Source: a virus (taxonomy: Duplodnaviria; Caudoviricetes). From it: a stretch of 64,000 nucleotides of DNA. The stretch covers positions 96,001 to 160,000 of the IMG/VR virus record IMGVR_UViG_3300028888_000053, one strand, 5' to 3'. Made by a program: the position numbers and the translations under genes. The notes below the pieces were generated by a model. It was not told where the DNA came from. It searched no databases and saw nothing but the letters and a program-made list of their open reading frames with translations. Each line of letters begins with the position of its first letter. Position 1 is the first letter of the stretch. Shown here piece after piece: positions 25,063 through 33,553 of this stretch.

Positions 25063-26150
25063 TTTAATTTACCTCCATGTTTCAGCCCTCTTCCAAAGAC
25101 TGGTTTGAATTTTGCAATATTTTCACTAGTAGCAGGAAATGCTATATACTAATCAGATATACTCACTGGATCTTTAAATGGCACCGTAAAAACCATATGA
25201 GTGTAATTTAAATCAGTATTAGGAATATATCTTGATGGAACTTGACCGAACCCCGATGGGAATGGAATAGGATCCATGGTTTTTGTTAGATATTTATACG
25301 GAATATTTAATAAATTCTAATCACCTAAAGCATCCAATAAACCATGAGTATGTATTCCTGCTGGATTTATTTTTATAGATGATTCATGAAAATCCGGAAA
25401 TCTAGAAGACCAATCAGATGATTCAAACTTTGGCATATAAATGTATGCCTCGTTTCCGTAATGCATACTTGGATCATTAACAACCACAGGACTGCCAACA
25501 TCCATTCGCCCATTTCTAATAGTTAAAAAATCCTCTTCAGTAAACGGTTTCCCACGCATTGCGCCAGAACGCTAATTAGCATTCATACGTCGCATAAAAG
25601 TATTTCCATTCTTAACTAATTCGGCAATATATGAATCAACATCACTAGTTTTTCCAGATTTAATATCAGCGTAAACCTAACTAGTATATTGAGGACTCTA
25701 CTATACCACATCAAATAACCTAGGATCGGTATCCTAGATTAATTTTATTTTGTCCCAGTAAGACTGTTTTATACGCTCAGCATTATCCAACTATTGTGGT
25801 AATGAGTTAATTGAACTCCAAGCTTTATCTGAAGTCCAATAATTATTAAATGCCCTATCAACATCGTTATGTTGCAATCCTAATGCAAAAAAATTATTCA
25901 TCATTTTACGCATAAGCGCAGGATGGATATCTGGAGCTTTACCTTGATTATATCGCCACATAAAATCATTAGCTACTTCAGGATCTGTTAAAGATGCAGC
26001 CAATTTTTCACGTATATATGGATTCTTTAATCCAGTACCAGCTTTATTATATGCTTTTACTAAACTAGTAGTAGCTTTCGGAGCTTTTACTAAACCTTTT
26101 GCCAATCTAAATAATAAACCAGCCTATCCTTTTTTAATTAATTTCTTCAT
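25059..26150 (-). CDS. leader-array protein H (363 aa, TAG-recoded)
   Basis: MKKLIKKG*AGLL leader; joins track ORFs 25791-26105 and 25317-25559; ends LKHGGKLK-TGA. Confidence 0.8.
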
Positions 26151-27151
26151 TTCTATTTATTGTTTTTATCCTAATTCTACATTAATGTAATACCACCAGC
26201 TACTGGTAACGCATAGCCTCCTACATACATCATAGCCTTCCTAAACTAATCAGCCTTCTCAGGAGTTAATTTTCCATTCTTCTTTAAATACTCAATGTAA
26301 CGCCTACCATAACCATTAGCGTTTTTAACAGCAGCAAAAATCTCTTCATCAGAAGCATCATCTATCACAGCATTCTAACCATCTATCATATCTGGTATGC
26401 CCTTAGATAAAGGATCCTAACTATATTTAACACTATTAGTGGGAACTTCATTCCAAGAAAACTATAATAAGTAATCCCTAGCATCCCTATTAGTAGTGAC
26501 CCTCTCCCTGTCCATATGCTTATAACCTTTTAATCCTTCATCTGAATTGTTAGGTAAATTTATAAAGTCATCATCATAAGCGTCACTTAAATACTTATGT
26601 AACTCATTAGGCATATCAGACCTATAATCAATCATATGCCTACCTTCATGCTTTAAAATCTAAGAGGGAGTAAAACGCTTTGAATCCTTGTTAACACTAA
26701 TGAAAAACTTATCATCATTATAAAAACCTTCAAAATCAACACCAGCAGCAGAGTAAGTCTAACCACTATACTAACCAACTTTAACTTTATGCATTAATTC
26801 ATTCAAATGCTACTTATACTGTTCAATCGCTCTTTCACTATAACCAGCATTCCTCATCGCTCTAATATTCCTCTCAATAGTGTTCTCAGATAAATGAGTA
26901 ATAATATTATCAGGTAAACCAGTAGTCACATTATTCATCTTTAAACCAAAGTCGTTACCACTAATCTACTGACTAGCAAAATATTTAGTTAAAAAATCCT
27001 TTGTGTCTTTATCACTCCACTTAAAATCACCAGTTTTTAATATGGATTTTTTGGGGAGGATTTTAGAAGACTTAATAATAGATCTTAATAATTTTAAACC
27101 TAACTAACCTTTAGGTAATAATTTCTTCTAATGATAATCTTTATTAATCAT
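26147..27151 (-). CDS. leader-array protein I with zincin metallopeptidase domain (TAG-recoded)
   Basis: MINKDYH*KKLLPKG*LGLKLL leader; EGFYN...FISVN...ILKHEGRHMID; hydrophobic C-terminal tail. Confidence 0.75.
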
Positions 27152-28371
27152 TCTACACTATTAAATATATCATGTAAATATTGCTTATAATCTTTTACAA
27201 AACCACTCGGAGTAGGAACCATCTCCAAAACAGTATTCTTAATGTAAAACTTAGGATCAGACTAACCATTAGACTTAAACCACATATAATTCGCAAAAGT
27301 CTCTTCAGGATCACGTCCGTGACTATTTAATGTCGCATTAAAATACTTAGAGTATTTCTTAGCTATAGGATGTTTAGGATTTGGAACAAAATACTTATTA
27401 GGAAACCAACCCCAACGCTTACCCTAATATTTATTTAATGAAGGTGTGCCAAATGTCCTTTGTAACCAGTGTTCATAAGCATGAGTCTATTCATGAGCAG
27501 CAATACCTTTTAATAAATCTTTATCTATAATATTACTATTATAAGGAGAAAGCTACATATTAATCTATCCAGACCATGGATGATAAGCACCAGCAGACTC
27601 TAATTTAGACTTTAATACAACATTATTTGGTTCAGGAAAAAGTGTTCCAGTAATATCCTCATACTACTTTCTTGCAAAATTCTAACCCTCTGATATGGCT
27701 CCTCTGGCCTACTATACGGCACGCCTCAATGATGCCAAATCTTTAATATAAGTACCATTACGTAATCCCTTAACAACATCTAATGGCTATCTCAAAATAT
27801 CACCAAAAGCTCTAGCATGCCACTGATATCGCTTTGGAACAATACTATCAAATTCCCTTGTCGTAAACTCTAAACCATGACCTTCTAATCGACCAATAGG
27901 ATAGCCAATTAAACCACCTAAAAAACCATTAGGTAAATGAAACTTATTATTGGTCTTTTCGTTGAAACGCTTAGTAAAACCGTTATTCTAATCAACGTAA
28001 TGACCCATATTACTAAATACAGCACCTGTAACATTACGTATAGGATGACTTAATATATCCTTAACAGCCGAAGAAGTCAAACTAGAAATAGACTAACCTA
28101 ACATCGGATTAGTTAATAATAAAGGAGTACCAATACCAACCTAAGCTAACTTCATTAAATCCTCACCATAATGAGACTAAGATAAAGACTTTGCCTCAAT
28201 ATTCTTAATGTTATCACGCTCCATCTCAGGAGTGTTATAACCCATACTCTAACGCCTGTCAGTAGTGTATACAGGATTACCATTACTATCATAATGAGAT
28301 ATGTACTTGCGAGAAGCATCAATAGTAACCTCTGGCAAAGTACCACCTTCGTAAATCTTTTCGTCTTCCAT
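27148..28371 (-). CDS. array protein J with zincin metallopeptidase domain (407 aa, TAG-recoded)
   Basis: MEDEKIYEGGTLPEVTI...; AGAYHP...INM...GIAAHE*THAY...PEETFANY (TAG inside the HExxH motif). Confidence 0.75.
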
Positions 28372-28698
28372 ATGTTATATTATATTTATAGTTAATAAAA
28401 ATTACCCCTCATAGGGGATAAGGGAAATATAAGAAAAATATGAAAGAAAATCAAATATTTAAGAGAGAAAAGAAAATTTTAAAGATATAGGGTTAAAAAA
28501 TATCCCCCCCTGGGGTGTTGAGGGGAAATGAGAGGGGAGGGGGGGAAGAATGGAACGTAAGTGAGCGTTAGTGAAACGTAGAGTGGAACGTAGAGTTGAG
28601 AAAATATGGAAGGGGTGGAGATGAGGGTACACAACCTTCTTAGTCCCCCCACCACCTTGAGTTATAAAACAAATACTAACCATTAAAATTTACACACA
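28372..28698. other. strand and genetic-code switch region; candidate genome terminus or packaging site
   Basis: Non-coding; G- and C-homopolymer runs; gtg(a/g)aacgtaga tandem repeat; divergent gene orientation on either side. Confidence 0.45.
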
Positions 28699-29112
28699 AT
28701 GAAAAAGTATTCTGAAATCAGGGAAACTAAAGAGTTCGCAGAAGCCACCACGAACAAGAAGTTCAAAAGCGTACAGAAAGGCTTTCCCGAAGGAAGCCAC
28801 AACGTGATTGTTCTCGGCAGTGACGAGGATTTTACCTTCAAGCGTGACGGTAAAGACCAAGCCGTCGGTATGGTTAAGGTTCTCGTGTTGCCACAGGACG
28901 CCACCACACTCACGGACGACACTCCTTGCGAGGTGAACCGCGTGGTTCAGGCCTCGTTGGCCAGTGCTATCGGCTGTTACAGTGACAGCGAGTGGACGAA
29001 AGCCGCTGAAGATGGCACTATCTTCCCTATCGAGGCACACCGTATGGCTCCCGCGACGGAAGACGAGTACAAGCGTGGCAAGGGTAAGATGAAGTTTACC
29101 CGCCGCGGCTAA
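28699..29112 (+). CDS. first early protein, hypothetical
   Basis: 137-aa ORF, visibly more GC-rich than the late arm, followed by a strong terminator. Confidence 0.8.
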   Translation: MKKYSEIRETKEFAEATTNKKFKSVQKGFPEGSHNVIVLGSDEDFTFKRDGKDQAVGMVKVLVLPQDATTLTDDTPCEVNRVVQASLASAIGCYSDSEWTKAAEDGTIFPIEAHRMAPATEDEYKRGKGKMKFTRRG

Positions 29113-29150
29113 AATAAGTAAGGGGCTTTCGCCCCTACTTATTTTTTTTG
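29113..29150 (+). terminator. rho-independent terminator
   Basis: aaataagtaaggggc-tttc-gcccctacttatttttttt. Confidence 0.85.
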
Positions 29151-29178
29151 TCCACTATATATATAGTGGTGTACGAGT

Positions 29179-29946
29179 ATGGGGATTACAACCATTAAAC
29201 TGATTAAGCAGGGAACTTTTTTCTATCGTGAAGACACAGGTGAACAATACTTGATGTTTCCAGAGAATTTTCATTTGAGTGATGGTGTATATTATGCCAA
29301 CATTTCTGGTGAAGAGAGATATGGTGACAAAGTGTTTCATATCTGTTGTCGATTGCAAAAGAGTTCTTTGTAAATTAAGCCCGTGAACACTAAAGTGTTG
29401 TGTAGAGTGATACTACCACGGGTAACTAGTATTAGTGTTGTTTTTAAGTGGACCCAGTACGTGAGTATAGGGTCCGCTGCTTGTTTTTTTTAAAACCTCT
29501 CACTAGTGGTTAAGTGTCGGAAAAAGATGAAAGAAGAGATAAAAGACGCAATTAAAGATCTCGCAATGTTAGTCCTGCCCATTCTGGGTTTACCAATAAT
29601 GCTTGGTCTTTATGTGCATCAAGTTTCTGAGAAGGAACCTGTAGGGCACGAAATGCCCTATTGCGAGTTGCCTGACTCTGTGACGGAGGTATGGGTGCAA
29701 ATTACAGCCTATCACTATAAAGGTCAGAGATTCAGATTTCCAAATAAGCGAAACATATATATACCAGCAGAAATGAAGATGAGAATTGTAGATAATAAAG
29801 TTGTCAATGATCACTTCAGAATGGTTGGTGATGCCAATGAACAGATATATCAATTTCGTGGCAAAAGGTTGTTTTGCTTTGGAAATAAACTCATTAAGAC
29901 TGATGATGCAGACATTCTTACGATCATGAATGAAATATCAAATTGA
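29179..29946 (+). CDS. two early hypothetical proteins (29179-29373; 29527-29946 with N-terminal TM)
   Basis: Track ORFs on the coding strand. Confidence 0.6.
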
Positions 29947-30007
29947 AGTCATTTTGCTCTCAGGTGGGCTTTGTACGCGAGTATAGAGTCCACCGTTTTC
30001 TTTTAAA

Positions 30008-30289
30008 ATGAAGACATTTTTATTGAATGCCTTCTCGTTGCAGATGGTAGACGTGCCATGCTGTGTAAAGTTTGAGGAAGTTGACGAACTTCCAGATGGA
30101 CTAACCTCTGCAATTGGTCATCAAGATACAGCTAACGTTCTTGGTGTTCCAATGAACAGGATTAATGTTCATCTCTCTCAGGGTGATATTGCCTATGTAG
30201 CTCAGCTGCAAGGTGGTAGACTTCCTGAAGGGTCAACAACCTTACCTGAAGGGTTCTCCTTCAAGTACATCAAGGTTGTAGTAGACTAG
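30008..30289 (+). CDS. DUF1874 / AcrIII-1-family viral ring nuclease (anti-type III CRISPR)
   Basis: LLNAFSLQM...SAIGHQDTA...NRINVHLSQGD...YVAQLQGGRLPEG matches the family signature including the catalytic GH. Confidence 0.85.
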   Translation: MKTFLLNAFSLQMVDVPCCVKFEEVDELPDGLTSAIGHQDTANVLGVPMNRINVHLSQGDIAYVAQLQGGRLPEGSTTLPEGFSFKYIKVVVD

Positions 30290-30404
30290 CGAGAAGACAT
30301 TGTTGGGTTCATCCTATACCCAACGCGTAGACAAAATGGGGTTGACTTGAGAGGGGTTCAAATAGAAATTCCTCACAGTACTAATCTATTCAATAAAACA
30401 AAGG

Positions 30405-31240
30405 ATGGATAAGTACATGTTAAAATTCAATGGCTGTTTGAAATTCCTTGGTAGTTTTGAAGACTGTCAACGGAAGTTGAAAGAGATATACCCTGACAGA
30501 ATGAGTCAGAGATATTGCAGGATTGAGCGCTTCGATGAGAATCAACAACCAACAATGAAACATCCTCTTCGTGGAGTATTACCAACACCACGTCGTAGTC
30601 GTAGTTTCAGCTCAGACGGAGACGTTGAATACTATGATTAATTAATATACGTGAATACCCTCGCGATGGTGGCTAATCGCTAAAAAGAGATGTATACAAT
30701 TCAAAAGCAAATCGGCAATCAGTGGCAGTATGTATTAGATATATTGACTTCTTCTTATGAGAAGGAAATCATATCGTTTATGAAGTCAATTACTACTGCT
30801 GGGGAAACTCTGCGTCTAGTAAAAGACGGTCGTGTGATATATCTTTATACGGTTATGGATACCAAACAATCCTGTGATGGGATTGGTAGTGAGTCAAAAA
30901 CTGCATTAAGAATCAATAAACGATGAAACTTCAGCTAAAATACAAGGATTACGGTACCTCAGAAATGGGGTATCCGTACCTTGAAGACGAAGTTTGGTGG
31001 GAGAAGGAAGTATCCTGCCAAGCGGAACTTGAGGTCGCCAAACAGGAACTCTACGCGTATGTACGTAAGGAGTTCTCCATTGACTGGTTGGTTGACTCTC
31101 TAGAAGAGAAATCAGAGAAGTCATACACTCTCAATCACCTTCGTTGTGAAGTGGTGAATTTTGGGAGTGTGATTGATTGTTGGGAACTTCGAAAGAGTGA
31201 ATTCATCTTCAACCAAGACGTGGTTGAAGTGTTAGAATAA
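30405..31240 (+). CDS. three early hypothetical proteins (30405-30641, 30690-30926, 30923-31240)
   Basis: Track ORFs with ATG starts, co-oriented. Confidence 0.65.
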
Positions 31241-31289
31241 GATGGTTTGTTGTTCTAGGATTGTCAGTACGTGATGTATAGACAATCCA

Positions 31290-32150
31290 CCCTATGGCCT
31301 CATGTGTAAGCGTTTCCGTCGCGAGGCTATAAGTAGGTTACATACCGAAACTAATTACACATATCAAATCCAATGTGGGTAACCCATTGGCGGCAGGCTT
31401 CTTGTCGTAGGATAAACTCGTGAGAGTATAAAGTATACCCCTTAAGAAAGGGTGTGCGTTGGAGTAATCCAATCCGAAAGAAAGCAATGATAATCAAGTG
31501 GTATCTGTAGTATCCTCGGGCAGAGGAGAACGGGTATTACGGAGGCTCTAACCAAGCTTCCTTGGGTGGTAACACCGACAATGATTAGCATTAAGTAACT
31601 CCTGAAGATTGCCAGTCTTAAAGAGTTACTAATCTGTACTGAAAGACCTATGGACAGCCAATGTCCGGTTGTGTGTGGCAACGCATCTCAGAAATGATAG
31701 GTTAGTAGTAAGTATAGAAGTAAGTAGTCGTGGCAGACGAAAGCAGAAAGGCGTTGGGATATACGTTGGTCAAAAGCCAGTAAGTTCACAAGCAGGACTA
31801 CGTCTTTCGGGTTGGTTCTTTTATTATTAGTAATAATTATTAATTTTAAAAGTACAAAAGCAAAAATGTTCTGCACTCGGGACTAACAATCCAGTTGTTC
31901 TTCTGTAATACGAAGACTATCAAAAGTACCGCAAGGAAATTGGTAGAAATGAAACGAGTAATCAATTGGTAAGAGGAGGCATCCTCTGTATCCGCAAGAG
32001 CCAAGGGTGAAAGGAGTATTTTACAAGGTTTCGAGTAGTGTTTGCAAGTTTTCTAAACTTGTCTGGATGTTGCCTACTTCTGGAGACAGGAGTGTGTTTA
32101 TTGGCGATAGTCAAGAAAATGGTAATCGGTGTTGGTCAAGACTCAGCCAC
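31290..32150 (+). ncRNA. large structured non-coding RNA (GOLLD/ROOL-like class, unassigned)
   Basis: About 860 nt with no plus-strand ORF; dense short hairpins with GNRA-like loops; two structured halves separated by an AU-rich linker at about 31815-31865. Confidence 0.6.
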
Positions 32151-32249
32151 ACGGTCAGGCTTCTCGTGAGGGAGTGATGGGTTCGAATCCCACAAGCCTA
32201 CAACAAACTTTTAAAACCTAGTCCTGTAGAGGTTAAGGCTCGAGAAAAG

Positions 32250-32995
32250 ATGAAAATGACAATTGAAGAAGTGCGTAGAGGAATGGCTGGTAGTGATTTC
32301 GACATCGATAAGAATCGATATTACGATGAAGAAGAGGAACAACATCTCTGCCAACAAAAAGAGACAGAAGATAAGTGGAGTGATAGATTTCCGAACATTA
32401 CGTTTTGGATTGTCGAACTTCAATATCGAAGTGCTGATTTACCTCCATATATATGGGCATTGTGCCGTGTATTCTTAAGTAAATCGCAAGCAATTGCGTT
32501 TGCAAAGGAATTAAAGAACAAGTACAATGACATTCGTATTCGTTGCCAGAAGAACTTGAGACAACCAAAAACTGTATACAAGGTTCTGGATGACGGAACT
32601 GTAGAAAAAATAAAGGAGGCCTGATTAGGTCTCCTTTTTTTTAAATAATTTCAAATCAAACAAAAAAAACAATGGAAAAGAAGAACAAGCAAAAATTGTT
32701 GTTCGTGGTTAGGAATCACGGAAACAGCGTGGACGTGTACAACCGTTCAATTTTGGGAGTATTCAGTACTGCTGAAAAGGCAGCTGAAGCAACAAAACGA
32801 CAGATGAAAATCGCCAAAAAGGGTGGACATGAGATCTACCCTGAGGTGAAGGTTTGTCGCCTGAACCTCGGTGGTTACATGGGTTGTTCTGCATTCTCTA
32901 TTAAAGAGATGCTTGAAGACCCTAAGGCCTTCACTAAGAAGGTAAGAGAGTGGAATACCTGGAACTGTGAAATCTTTGACAAGTTTCAGTTATGA
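32250..32995 (+). CDS. two early hypothetical proteins (32250-32624, 32672-32995)
   Basis: Track ORFs; terminator-like hairpin at 32615-32642 between them. Confidence 0.7.
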
Positions 32996-33294
32996 AGATT
33001 TCCATTCCACAACAGATGCTTCAAATTCCTCAGGAAAAAGAAGCGTTCGTGATGGGTCTCCTCAAGGCCCAAGGTATTGAATTTTATGTTGAGAAGAAAG
33101 TAAAGTATCTCAAAGAGATACCATTTTCTACTCGCGTAAAATATATCCTTCGTGAACTCCAGTTGGATCAAATTCGTGTTGTTGATTTCGTGGCTGTTAT
33201 GCCTCGAAAGAACTTCCGTAAGATTCGAATGGCTGGACCGAAGTCAGAAAAAGAGATCGAGAACTACTTAAAGCTGTTAGGCTATGAGTGGTGA
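32992..33294 (+). CDS. RNA polymerase alpha-CTD-like domain protein
   Basis: FSTRVKYILREL...VVDFV...NFRKIRMAGPKSEKEIENYL parallels the alpha-CTD pattern LSVR..N.L...DLV...LLK..NLG.KS..EI. Confidence 0.65.
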   Translation: MKISIPQQMLQIPQEKEAFVMGLLKAQGIEFYVEKKVKYLKEIPFSTRVKYILRELQLDQIRVVDFVAVMPRKNFRKIRMAGPKSEKEIENYLKLLGYEW

Positions 33295-33417
33295 TCTTTT
33301 TATAGACCATAGTTAGATGGGTTAAGTTAAGTGGTTTGCCGATCCTGTTACTAATTAGTCGCAATACAGGACTATATTCCTAAAAACGTGAGAGGAATAT
33401 TTTTTTGCACCATTTAG

Positions 33418-33550
33418 TATTATTTTTGGTAATTTTTGCCTGAGATGACATTATTTTAAGTGGTTTTTGCCTGAAATGATATTATTTTTTAATATTCGTG
33501 CCTGAGGGAACATTATTTTGGGTAATTTTTGCCTGAGGGAACATTATTTT
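33418..33550. repeat. iteron-like tandem repeats, period 31 bp, about 4.3 copies
   Basis: GCCTGA at 33438, 33469, 33500 and 33531, each followed by (C/T)ATTATTTT. Confidence 0.85.
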
Positions 33551-33553
33551 AAA

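Noticed and set aside
15474-27151. MKKLI leaders as ordinary Sec signal peptides
   Set aside because: No hydrophobic h-region follows (KxQxG instead), and the motif also occurs internally and near C-termini.
1-28371. Massive pseudogenisation or poor sequence quality in the left arm
   Set aside because: The interruptions read were all in-frame TAGs with frame preserved, essential motifs are intact and a CUA tRNA is present. This is recoding, not decay.
31442-31876. Minus-strand track ORFs in the 31.3-32.1 kb gap
   Set aside because: Short, opposite to the local coding strand and without protein-like features; better explained by the structured RNA.
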